Source of the DNA: a virus
Taxonomy: Duplodnaviria > Caudoviricetes
Reading direction: 5' to 3' (one strand)
DNA length: 61,976 bases
Virus record (IMG/VR): IMGVR_UViG_3300047300_000894
Coordinates: 1 to 61,976 of that record
Shown: positions 17,496-26,934 of the stretch, one piece after another
Layout of the letters: each line of letters starts with the position of its first letter
Numbering within the stretch: the first letter of the stretch is position 1
The notes under the pieces: model-generated
Told to the model about the DNA's origin: nothing
The model's input: only the letters and a program-made list of their open reading frames with translations
The model's database searches: none
Translations under genes and position numbers: made by a program

Positions 17496-18827
17496 ATGGC
17501 TATTGGAGCAGGTAATATTGATCGTTCGTTTTTATCAACGGTCTCTTTTACAAACACGTTAGAACAACGTGAAATTTTAAAGGATGTATTGGACATTTAT
17601 GATGAAGAAGCATCTATGCTTGACGTATTAGATTGGACAGGTCGCTCAAAAGCTACTGCTCAAACTGAATACTTCACAGTACAAAATAACTTCTTGTATG
17701 CTACAGCTACAGTTAAAACTCCGGGCACTTCTGCTGGAACTGCTGGTGCTTCTGTAGATATCACTTGCGTAGGTGCAACTTCTGTTAAGCCTGTAGTTGG
17801 TGAGTTGATGTTGTTTGCTAACGGTGTTGTAGGTTATGTTTCAGCGGTTTCTGCTGCTACTGACTTTGTTATTACTGTTAAGCCAGTTAACTCTGCTGAT
17901 TCTATTCCTGCAGTTGCAACTGGTGCTAAGTTATCATTTATGTCTAACGCATATGCGGAAGGAACTGGTTCTAACCAAATGCGTAAGTCTGACTTAGTTA
18001 AGCGTTCTAACAAATTGCAAATCTTCAAAACTAAGACTTCTGTTACAGATATCGCTTACGGTTCGAAGATTGAGGTTGAATTCAAAGGCAAGCCGTACTA
18101 CTTCTTAAAGCAACAACACGATGCATATTTGAAGCACCGTATGGATATCCTTTACGCTGTATTGTTTGGTCGTGAGTCTGCTGGTTTGACTGATGCTGCT
18201 GGAAATGCAATCAACACAACTCGTGGTTTGCGTGATACAATCACTAACGCTGGTGGTATCGTATCTAACACAGCTACAGGTGGTACAATCGCTTTGTCTG
18301 ACTTAGCTGCATTGTCTCGTTTGATGGATGCTAACCGTTGCCCAATTGAGTATCAATTGTGGGCTGGTGCTGACTTTGATAACGCATTCGATACTAACAT
18401 TTCTTCTACTTCTCCTTTCTTGAACGGTGGTATCAACTATGGTTCTTACAATGGAAAGTCTGAAATTGCTATCGCTTTGGGTATTCAATCATTCAACGCT
18501 TACGGACGTACTTTCCACAAGAAGCGTCTTAACGCATTGTCTCACCCACAAATCACTTCTACTGCAACTAACATTGCTTTCACTAAAGAAGCATACTTAG
18601 TTCCTGCTGGAAAGATTAAGGTTGAGCAAGGTGGTGGTCAAGTTGATCGTATGCAATTACGTTACTTAGAGATGGCTGATGGTATCAACTCTCGTTTCCG
18701 TGAGAAAATGTTGGGTGGTCTTGCACCAGTTCCAACTTCGGATACTGATACATTAGATATCGTTTACAGCTCAATCGAAGGATTAGAGACTGTAGGTAAC
18801 GAGCATTTCGTGAAATACTCTATCTAA
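17496..18827 (+). CDS. Major capsid protein
   Basis: 443 aa, strong codon bias, position after the scaffold, followed by a terminator. Confidence 0.85.
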   Translation: MAIGAGNIDRSFLSTVSFTNTLEQREILKDVLDIYDEEASMLDVLDWTGRSKATAQTEYFTVQNNFLYATATVKTPGTSAGTAGASVDITCVGATSVKPVVGELMLFANGVVGYVSAVSAATDFVITVKPVNSADSIPAVATGAKLSFMSNAYAEGTGSNQMRKSDLVKRSNKLQIFKTKTSVTDIAYGSKIEVEFKGKPYYFLKQQHDAYLKHRMDILYAVLFGRESAGLTDAAGNAINTTRGLRDTITNAGGIVSNTATGGTIALSDLAALSRLMDANRCPIEYQLWAGADFDNAFDTNISSTSPFLNGGINYGSYNGKSEIAIALGIQSFNAYGRTFHKKRLNALSHPQITSTATNIAFTKEAYLVPAGKIKVEQGGGQVDRMQLRYLEMADGINSRFREKMLGGLAPVPTSDTDTLDIVYSSIEGLETVGNEHFVKYSI

Positions 18828-18840
18828 TTTGAGTAAACTA

Positions 18841-18871
18841 AAGGGAGGGGCTAAAAATCCTCCCTTTTTTT
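18841..18871 (+). terminator. Rho-independent terminator
   Basis: AAGGGAGG...CCTCCCTT followed by a T run. Confidence 0.85.
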
Positions 18872-18899
18872 AAAATTTAAACCAAACAAAAAAAATATT

Positions 18900-19721
18900 A
18901 TGAAACCATCTGATTTCAACAACTTTTCTCCTTCTTACAAAAGAGCTTTAAAACCTGACGAAAGAGCAACCTACAGAGTAGCTAACGTAAGACCCGACCC
19001 CGATAATTACGGTAAATTTTTAATTCCTGCTGCATATCAAATCCCATCAACTGATATTATTTATGATAAGCAAAAGCAAGAGTTTGTTAATATTGCTGCA
19101 ATTGAAAGACAAGACGAAAAAGGAGAGGCTCAATTCCTTAGTATAGTATTTACTGCAGCGAATATGGGTTATTTATTCTTGAACGGGAATAATCCTGTTC
19201 ATCAAAAAATTTATCAATTTCTTGAGTTATGCAACTTTAATGGCTCTAACAAGGACAGAAATGCCCCTAATGGAGAAGAGCCAATGTTTTTCCGTATTGA
19301 CAACAAAAAAGAGGCGATGGAAGAGCGACAAATGCGTAAAATTATTGCACAAGCTGTAACAGCGGCAATGGATTTAGACGATGTAAAAGTTAAAGAGGTT
19401 GGTCAAGCTTTAGGTATTGATGCTGAAACTATCGAAGAAATTCGTAATTTAGTGGAAGATTTTGCAGAAACCGACCCTCAAGAGTTTTTACAAATTGTAG
19501 AACGTGCGTCGCTTGCTGCAGAATTTATTCTAAAAGAAGCTGTTAAAAAAGGAATTATTAGAAACAATATCAATGCACAAGTATTTGAGTGGGTTGATAC
19601 TGAAAAAGAAATCTTTAAGTACAAGAAAGCCGCAGGCAAGAATTACTTTAAAGAGTTAGCCGATTACTTAGAAGAAAACAATCCCGATGAGCTAAATGCC
19701 ATCAAGACCCGATTAGGGTAA
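18900..19721 (+). CDS. Hypothetical protein downstream of the capsid gene
   Basis: Clean ORF with an AACCAAAC leader. Confidence 0.7.
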   Translation: MKPSDFNNFSPSYKRALKPDERATYRVANVRPDPDNYGKFLIPAAYQIPSTDIIYDKQKQEFVNIAAIERQDEKGEAQFLSIVFTAANMGYLFLNGNNPVHQKIYQFLELCNFNGSNKDRNAPNGEEPMFFRIDNKKEAMEERQMRKIIAQAVTAAMDLDDVKVKEVGQALGIDAETIEEIRNLVEDFAETDPQEFLQIVERASLAAEFILKEAVKKGIIRNNINAQVFEWVDTEKEIFKYKKAAGKNYFKELADYLEENNPDELNAIKTRLG

Positions 19722-19759
19722 ATCCGACAACAGGATTGATTGTTTGGTTTCGGTTAATT

Positions 19760-19794
19760 AGAAGGGGTCGCATATTGTGACCTCTTTCTTTTTT
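19760..19794 (+). terminator. Rho-independent terminator
   Basis: GAAGGGGTCGCA-TAT-TGTGACCTCTTT followed by a T run. Confidence 0.7.
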
Positions 19795-19845
19795 CATAGC
19801 AAATTAAATTATAGTATATTTACACAAATTATATTAGGCTTTGAA

Positions 19846-22800
19846 ATGGCAATAGGATTCAATATACAATTTAGGATCAATGAAAAAACTCAATCAAGAG
19901 TTATTCGCCTAACCGATACATCTACAGGATTCACTTTAAGCAAAGGAAACTTTTCTATTGTATTCCCTGATGGAACAGCGATTAATCACACAGACTTCTT
20001 ATCGCCCGACATTACGGGATCAGGGCAATCTTATGACTTTCAAGCCCCTACAGATATATACAATAATGTATTAACTGGTTCATATTCTGTGTCATTTGTT
20101 GCGGTAAGCAATACATCAACAACATATAATTTATCTCGTCAATTTGATTTTAATTGGGTTAAGCCAACTAATGGGATAACAAATTTGTCTGATGTATTAA
20201 TCCCAGAGGTAAAGTTTCAAGACACGACATCGTATTCTCCAATTGGGAGCTTTAGTGGAACTTTAAGCAGAACACTTTCGTGCTCTTTTCCTACTACTTC
20301 TGAGGCTTCCGCTGTATCACCTGTGTCTACAGTATCATCTTCTATCATTGATATTGTTAATTCAGGGAAATATTATGATGGAACATATTCTCCAACATCT
20401 GACATTTCAATAACTTATAATCATAGTACAAACTCTTGGCTTTCAGTCTATTATACTGAATTATTTACAAAAACGTATTTAATTAAAAAATGCCCAACTC
20501 AATTAGAGTTAGTTGTAAAAATTAATAATTATAGGTCACTAATTGACTCTTATAAAGAAAAAAACGATACTCAATTTAATACTCTAAGTGAGCAGTACGA
20601 CCTTGTAATTGCCCTATACACTCATTTAATTACACGATACGAGACATCTACTCAAGATGGTTCAGAGCCAGTATTGCGTGAGTTATTGTCAATTCTTGAG
20701 CCGTATTCTACTACATATACTCCTCAGTTAACAAGAATGCTTCCTTTTGAAATAGCCTCAACGGGCTCAAATTCATTCAGCATATCTGATGGAGCTAACA
20801 CAGATAGTGTACCACTTGGAAGCACATTACTTTTTTCTTCAGGCAATCCATCGTTTACCGTATCGGTTTCCAATAATATGGTCACTTATACGCCTACATT
20901 TGGAACTACCTCAAACACATTTGCCCAAGGTAACGACTCTCGTTTTCATAATGCTGTAACCATAGGTACAGCCAATGGTCTTTCTTTGGCATCTCAGGTA
21001 CTTTCTCTTGCTCTTGCCACATCAAGTACATCTGGTGCGTTATCAGCCGCTGACAAAGCAAAACTCGATGGTATTGCGGCAGGGGCAAATACAGGAACAG
21101 TAACAAGTATTGCAGTATCTGTGCCTTCAGCATTTTCTGTTAGCGGGTCGCCTATAACAACAAGTGGGACAATTAATATTTCTGCTACAGGCAATCCTCT
21201 TCAGTATATTACAGGGGCTGGGGCTTTGGCAACATTAAACACTGGTGTGGTTCCTGAAAGCGGAAACTTGTATTTTACAAATGCACGAGCAAGATCTGCG
21301 ATATCTGCAACGGGTAGTCTTTCTTACAACTCTTCCACTGGTGTTATTTCTTACACAGCACCTTCTGAGACAGACCCTATATTTATTGCATCTGCTGCTT
21401 ACGGAATTACTAATACTAATATTAGCAATTGGAATACAGCATACGGGTGGGGTAATCACGCTTCAGCGGGATATTTGACATCATTTAGTGAGACAGACCC
21501 TATATATACAGCAAGCTCTTGGTATACAACAACTAATAATGCATCAAATTGGAATACAGCATACGGGTGGGGTAATCACGCTTCAGCGGGATATTTAACA
21601 TCAATAAACTCATCTCAAGTTACAACTGCATTAGGATATACTCCTGAGAACGCAGCCAACAAAGGTGTTGCAAATGGATATGCAAGTTTAGATGGAGCTG
21701 GATTAGTTCCTTCTACACAATTACCTTCTTATGTTGACGATGTATTAGAGTATGCAGATTTAGCGTCACTTCCAGCAACTGGAACTACAGGAAAGATTTA
21801 TGTAACACTTGATACAAATAAAATCTATCGTTGGAGCGGAACTGTTTATGTTGAGATTAGCTCATCTGCAGGCGGAGGCGGAACTTGGGGTAGTATCATT
21901 GGGACATTATCAAATCAAACAGATTTGCAGTCAGCTTTAGATGCTAAACAGAACTTACTTGGATTTACTCCTGTTACAGACGCACGCACACTAACAATCA
22001 ATGGTGTAACTTATGATTTAACAGCAAATAGAACTTGGACTATAAGCGGATTGCTTCCATCTGGTGGTACTGCTGGGCAGATTCTTTCTAAAGTTGATGG
22101 AACAAATTACAATACCACTTGGATTGATAATTTTGCAAGCCAATTAAAACACGATGTTAAATTAGGGGCTACATTAGCCAAAGGTAAAGCTGTTTACGTT
22201 TCAAGTGCTGATGGAACAAATATGATTGTTTCTGCGGCATCAAATACATCAGAGGCAACATCATCTAAGACACTCGGATTATTAGAAACAGGGGGAGTAA
22301 CTAATGATCCCGTAAAAGTAATTACCGAAGGTTTGCTTTCTGGATTAAATACATCTACCGCAACGGCTGGAGACCCAGTTTGGTTAGGCACAGATGGAGA
22401 TTTGATTTTTGGATTAGCAAATAAACCAGTAGCTCCTGCTCATTTAGTATTCATTGGTATTGTAACTCGTGTACAATCAAATAATGGAGAAATATTTGTT
22501 AAGGTTCAAAATGGTTTTGAATTACAAGAGCTTCATAATGTATTAATAACTTCAATTGCAAATAACGAAGGGTTATTCTATGAATCAGCAACTGGATTAT
22601 GGAAGAACAAGACTATCGCTACTGTATTAGGATACACTCCATACGATGCATCGAATCCAGCAGGATATACTACAAACGTAGGAACAGTTACATCGGTAGC
22701 TGCACTAACTATTGATTCTGCGGGAAGTGATATAACATCAAGTGTTGCAGATAGTACAACGACCCCTGTAATAACACTTAGTGTCCCTGATGCCTCTACA

Positions 22801-24267
22801 ATTGCACGAGGTGTTGTGACAAATGGCACACAGACATTTGGAGGCTCTAAGACATTCTCAGGTAATCTAAGTGTAATAAATGGGTCTATTAGTGTTTCTG
22901 GAAATACTACATTAACAACGTCTACAGGTAACACGACAATAGCAATTGCAACAGGTGCTACTGTTTCTGGAGCAACAAAAACAATAAATATTGGTACATC
23001 TGGATTATCTGGAAGTACAACTACAATAACTATTGGCTCAACTACAGGAACAAACACAGTAGCAGCAAGAGGAACTTGGACATTTACTGGGAATATTACT
23101 GCGGCTTCTATTATTAGGTCGGGCGGAACATCTTCTCAATTTTTAAAAGCAGATGGCTCGGTTGACTCAAATACATATCTGACTTCATATACTGAAACAG
23201 ACCCTATTTATACAGCGAGTTCTTGGTACACAACAACCAATAATTCATCTAATTGGAACACAGCTTATGGTTGGGGTAATCACGCTTCAGCGGGATATCT
23301 GGATACAGTTACGGCTGCGGCAACTTATTTGACTATATCTTCCGCATCATCAAATTATCAGCCAAAAGATGTAGATTTAACTGCAATCGCTGGACTTGCC
23401 GATTCGAGTGGATTATTGTTTAAGGCTGGAGATGGGGTATGGAGTTTGACTAATAATTATCAACCATTAGACGCAGACTTAACTGCTATCGCAGGTCTTG
23501 CTGGCACATCTGGATTATTAAAGAAAACGGCTGCTGATACTTGGAGTTTAGATACAAGTACATATTTAACGAGTATCACATCAGGCAATGTTACAACAGC
23601 CTTAGGATATACGCCTGTAACCAATGCTCGCACATTAACTATTAATGGTACAGCATACGATTTGACAGCAGATAGAAGCTGGACAATTTCAGCAGGAACA
23701 ACACTTAATGGTACAGGTTTTGTTAAAGCGTCTGGAACTACAATATCCTACGATAATAGCACATATTTATCAACTTCTGGAGGAACTTTGACTGGCAACC
23801 TAACAATTAGCAAAGCCAGTCCGTACATATATTTAACAAATACTACAAATAGTGTAACCAGCCAAATATTTGCAAGTGGGAATGACCTATTCATTCAAAA
23901 TCCATCAACAGGTTGGTTATATTTGGGTAATAGCACAAATACTTATGTATATGGCAACTTTTATGTCAATGGAGCTATTACAGAGGCGTCAGCGTTACGA
24001 TATAAAGAAGATATCCAAGTAATTGAATCTGGCTTAGATAAAGTTTTAAAGATGCGTGGCGTATCTTACATTAAAAAAAATAATAAACAAAAAGAAATCG
24101 GCGTAATTGCTGAAGAAATGAATGAGATTATACCAGATGTAGTAAGTAAAAATAAGGAAGGGGATGTTGAGTCTGTTTCCTATAGTAGACTTACTGCAGT
24201 GCTTATCGAGGCAATTAAGGAGCAGCAACAACAGATTAACGAACTTAAAGGCTTATTAGGTAAATAA
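19846..24267 (+). CDS. Long tail fibre with a C-terminal Peptidase_S74 intramolecular chaperone
   Basis: Likely start MAIGFNIQF. Thr/Ser/Gly-rich repeats, ending SALRYKEDI...IGVIAEE...VSYSRL...AIKE. Confidence 0.85.
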   Translation: MAIGFNIQFRINEKTQSRVIRLTDTSTGFTLSKGNFSIVFPDGTAINHTDFLSPDITGSGQSYDFQAPTDIYNNVLTGSYSVSFVAVSNTSTTYNLSRQFDFNWVKPTNGITNLSDVLIPEVKFQDTTSYSPIGSFSGTLSRTLSCSFPTTSEASAVSPVSTVSSSIIDIVNSGKYYDGTYSPTSDISITYNHSTNSWLSVYYTELFTKTYLIKKCPTQLELVVKINNYRSLIDSYKEKNDTQFNTLSEQYDLVIALYTHLITRYETSTQDGSEPVLRELLSILEPYSTTYTPQLTRMLPFEIASTGSNSFSISDGANTDSVPLGSTLLFSSGNPSFTVSVSNNMVTYTPTFGTTSNTFAQGNDSRFHNAVTIGTANGLSLASQVLSLALATSSTSGALSAADKAKLDGIAAGANTGTVTSIAVSVPSAFSVSGSPITTSGTINISATGNPLQYITGAGALATLNTGVVPESGNLYFTNARARSAISATGSLSYNSSTGVISYTAPSETDPIFIASAAYGITNTNISNWNTAYGWGNHASAGYLTSFSETDPIYTASSWYTTTNNASNWNTAYGWGNHASAGYLTSINSSQVTTALGYTPENAANKGVANGYASLDGAGLVPSTQLPSYVDDVLEYADLASLPATGTTGKIYVTLDTNKIYRWSGTVYVEISSSAGGGGTWGSIIGTLSNQTDLQSALDAKQNLLGFTPVTDARTLTINGVTYDLTANRTWTISGLLPSGGTAGQILSKVDGTNYNTTWIDNFASQLKHDVKLGATLAKGKAVYVSSADGTNMIVSAASNTSEATSSKTLGLLETGGVTNDPVKVITEGLLSGLNTSTATAGDPVWLGTDGDLIFGLANKPVAPAHLVFIGIVTRVQSNNGEIFVKVQNGFELQELHNVLITSIANNEGLFYESATGLWKNKTIATVLGYTPYDASNPAGYTTNVGTVTSVAALTIDSAGSDITSSVADSTTTPVITLSVPDASTIARGVVTNGTQTFGGSKTFSGNLSVINGSISVSGNTTLTTSTGNTTIAIATGATVSGATKTINIGTSGLSGSTTTITIGSTTGTNTVAARGTWTFTGNITAASIIRSGGTSSQFLKADGSVDSNTYLTSYTETDPIYTASSWYTTTNNSSNWNTAYGWGNHASAGYLDTVTAAATYLTISSASSNYQPKDVDLTAIAGLADSSGLLFKAGDGVWSLTNNYQPLDADLTAIAGLAGTSGLLKKTAADTWSLDTSTYLTSITSGNVTTALGYTPVTNARTLTINGTAYDLTADRSWTISAGTTLNGTGFVKASGTTISYDNSTYLSTSGGTLTGNLTISKASPYIYLTNTTNSVTSQIFASGNDLFIQNPSTGWLYLGNSTNTYVYGNFYVNGAITEASALRYKEDIQVIESGLDKVLKMRGVSYIKKNNKQKEIGVIAEEMNEIIPDVVSKNKEGDVESVSYSRLTAVLIEAIKEQQQQINELKGLLGK

Positions 24268-24268
24268 T

Positions 24269-25273
24269 ATGGCATCATTAAAGAACACAACTATAAATGA
24301 TACTGGATTTTTACAGCTGCCTAACGGAACAACAGCTCAAAGACCATCTCCCGCCAATGGAATGATGCGTTTTAATGCTTCATCTGGTCAAGTTGAAGCT
24401 TATGTTAACGGCTCTTGGTTTACTGTCAGTACAGACTATACTATTGAAATGGTATTGGTGGCTGGCGGAGGCTCTGGCGGAGGAGGAAGCAATGGTGGCG
24501 GCGGAGGCGGTGGCGGTGGTGTCATTATTAATAGTGGTATATTAGTTACGCCCGGTACTGGATATTCTATTGTAATAGGTGGCGGAGGCGGTTCTGTTCC
24601 TAATAGTTCAGGAACATACGGAAACGCTGGTGGGAATAGTACGGCATTTGGTTTTACTGCTATTGGAGGAGGAGGCGGTGTCCCTAATGGATATTTAGGA
24701 GCGTGGAATACCGTATGTAATGGTGGATCAGGTGGTGGTGGAGGACGTGATACCACATCTTATGATGGATTTACGTTTGGATATGGAACTGTTGGTCAAG
24801 GCAATAATGGTGCTGGTGCTTATAAAGGTGGTTGGGGTTCTGCAGGAGGCGGAGGAGGTGCTGGTAATGGTGGTTACACAGGAGGAGATGACCTAAATGG
24901 AAGATATGATCCTGTATCCTGTGGAGGAGAAGGAGCTTTAATAAACTGGACAGGAACAAACTTTTACTATGGTCCAGGGGGTGGAGGTGCTTTCCAGAAT
25001 GGATATGGAAACGCAAATGGTCAACCACCCGGAGGTAAAGGACTTGGAGATGGAGGAGGATATGGTGGTACAGCTCAAGCAAGTGCTACATCGGGTACTG
25101 CAAATAGGGGAGCTGGAGGTGGAGGGGCTAAAGATAGTTGGTCTGGAGGAGGTGGCTCAGGTAGATGTGTTATAAGATATGCTGGACCGCAGCGAGGCTC
25201 TGGAGGAACAGTAGTTTCTTATGGAGGATATACCGTTCATACATTTGATGGGACTGGAACTTTTACAGCGTAA
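24269..25273 (+). CDS. Glycine-rich virion/adhesin protein, paralog 1
   Basis: MASLKNTTINDTGFLQLP.GTTAQRP N-module plus a GGGG-rich domain. Confidence 0.8.
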   Translation: MASLKNTTINDTGFLQLPNGTTAQRPSPANGMMRFNASSGQVEAYVNGSWFTVSTDYTIEMVLVAGGGSGGGGSNGGGGGGGGGVIINSGILVTPGTGYSIVIGGGGGSVPNSSGTYGNAGGNSTAFGFTAIGGGGGVPNGYLGAWNTVCNGGSGGGGGRDTTSYDGFTFGYGTVGQGNNGAGAYKGGWGSAGGGGGAGNGGYTGGDDLNGRYDPVSCGGEGALINWTGTNFYYGPGGGGAFQNGYGNANGQPPGGKGLGDGGGYGGTAQASATSGTANRGAGGGGAKDSWSGGGGSGRCVIRYAGPQRGSGGTVVSYGGYTVHTFDGTGTFTA

Positions 25274-25275
25274 TT

Positions 25276-26328
25276 ATGGCAAGCTTAAAGAATACAACAA
25301 TTAATGATACTGGATTTATACAGTTACCTTCGGGCACTACAGCTCAAAGACCAGCTGGAGTAAATGGTATGATGCGTTATAATACCACACTTAATGTAAT
25401 AGAAATATACAATGGTGCTACAGCTACTTGGAATACATTGGCTGCAAACTCTTATACAGTCGACGTAATGATTGCTGCAGGAGGTGGCGGAGGAGGAGCT
25501 GGTGGTACTATATGGTACGGAGGTGGCGGAGGAGGAGGAGCTGGCGGTCTTCGAGTTATTAGCAACATATCAGTAACCACTAATACAGCTTATGCTATTG
25601 TTATTGGAGCTGGTGGATGCGGCTCTCAAAGTAATAGTAGCGGTGGTATTTATTGGGGGTCTAACGGAGGAGATTCATCTGCATTTGGATATACATCTAT
25701 AGGCGGTGGTCACGGAGGTAGTTTTAATGGAGAAGGTCCATATTGGTACGGTCAAAGTGGTGGATCAGGAGGAGGATCTGGTCGTGATAAAATTGATGGC
25801 AATGGGGCTGGGACTGCTGGGCAAGGCAATAGTGGAGGGACAGCTTATACAACTTCCTATGCATCTGCAGGCGGTGGTGGTGGAGCTGGGGAGGCTGGTT
25901 GGACTGGGGGTGCTGATGGTCAAGGGCAATATGTTTCTGGCAATCAGGCGGCAGGCGGCATAGGCTTATATTACGATTGGACTGGAACGGGTTTATACTA
26001 CTGTGGAGGCGGAGGAGGATCTTGGGCATCTCCTCTTGGAGGAGTTGGAGGTCTTGGAGGAAGAGGATATAACAATGGTGGTGGTAATGGTAGTGGTGCA
26101 CAACAAATAGGAGGAACGGCGGGTTTAGCAAATAGAGGTCAAGGCGGGGGTGGGGCAACTTCCCAGAAAGGAGACAACGGAGGATATGGTTCTACTGGAT
26201 TCGCAGGAGGGTCTGGAGTTGTATTGATTAGGTATTCTGGACCTCCAAAAGCAAGTGGAGGAATTATTACACAATATAACGGATACACTTGTCATCAATT
26301 TAATGGTTCAGGAAATTTTATAGCTTAA
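25276..26328 (+). CDS. Glycine-rich virion/adhesin protein, paralog 2
   Basis: Same N-module and Gly-rich domain as paralog 1. Confidence 0.8.
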   Translation: MASLKNTTINDTGFIQLPSGTTAQRPAGVNGMMRYNTTLNVIEIYNGATATWNTLAANSYTVDVMIAAGGGGGGAGGTIWYGGGGGGGAGGLRVISNISVTTNTAYAIVIGAGGCGSQSNSSGGIYWGSNGGDSSAFGYTSIGGGHGGSFNGEGPYWYGQSGGSGGGSGRDKIDGNGAGTAGQGNSGGTAYTTSYASAGGGGGAGEAGWTGGADGQGQYVSGNQAAGGIGLYYDWTGTGLYYCGGGGGSWASPLGGVGGLGGRGYNNGGGNGSGAQQIGGTAGLANRGQGGGGATSQKGDNGGYGSTGFAGGSGVVLIRYSGPPKASGGIITQYNGYTCHQFNGSGNFIA

Positions 26329-26332
26329 TAAT

Positions 26333-26512
26333 ATGGCATCTCTAAAAAACACAGTAATCAATGATACAGGGTTCTTGCAGATACCTGCAGGTTCTAATGC
26401 TCAAAGACCAAGTGGAGCAACAGGAATGATTAGAGTGAATACAAACACAACACCATATGTACTTGAAATATATCAGTCAGGGGTATGGAGAATTTTAAAA
26501 GTATTATCATAA
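26333..26512 (+). CDS. 59-aa paralog 3 containing only the shared N-module (not in ORF track)
   Basis: MASLKNTVINDTGFLQIPAGSNAQRPSGATGMIRVNTNTTPYVLEIYQSGVWRILKVLS. Its stop overlaps the next ATG (TAATG). Confidence 0.8.
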   Translation: MASLKNTVINDTGFLQIPAGSNAQRPSGATGMIRVNTNTTPYVLEIYQSGVWRILKVLS

Positions 26513-26913
26513 TGGCACACTTTGCAGAAATAGACGAAAATAATATTGTAGTAAGAGTGGTTGTTGTATCAGATGAAAATGAATCAAGAGGAGAAGAATT
26601 CCTTTCCGTTGATTTAGGCTTAGGCGGTACTTGGTTAAAAACATCTTACAATACACGAATGGGAGAGCATATTTTAGGCGGGACTCCATTTAGAAAAAAC
26701 TTTGCATCTTCGGGTTATAAATACGATTCAGTAAGAGACGCATTTATTCCACCTCCAGCATTCCCATCTTGGGTAGATTTAGATGAGGATAAATGTATTT
26801 ATATGCCACCTGTTCCTATGCCAGAAATTCTTCCAACTGACAATTGCTACTACGATTGGAACGAGGAAATTGGTAATTGGGTAAGAACTGATTTGCCAGA
26901 AATATATCAATAA
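26512..26913 (+). CDS. Tail-fibre-associated (chaperone-like) protein
   Basis: MAHFAEID...WLKTSYN...FRKNFA..G..YD..RDAFIPP type, commonly found next to Gly-rich proteins. Start set by TAATG coupling. Confidence 0.7.
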   Translation: MAHFAEIDENNIVVRVVVVSDENESRGEEFLSVDLGLGGTWLKTSYNTRMGEHILGGTPFRKNFASSGYKYDSVRDAFIPPPAFPSWVDLDEDKCIYMPPVPMPEILPTDNCYYDWNEEIGNWVRTDLPEIYQ

Positions 26914-26921
26914 AATTGTTT

Positions 26922-26929
26922 TACCTTTG
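26922..26929 (+). promoter_or_regulatory. -7 element TACCTTTG
   Basis: Intergenic TAnnTTTG match. Confidence 0.5.
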
Positions 26930-26934
26930 TAAAT

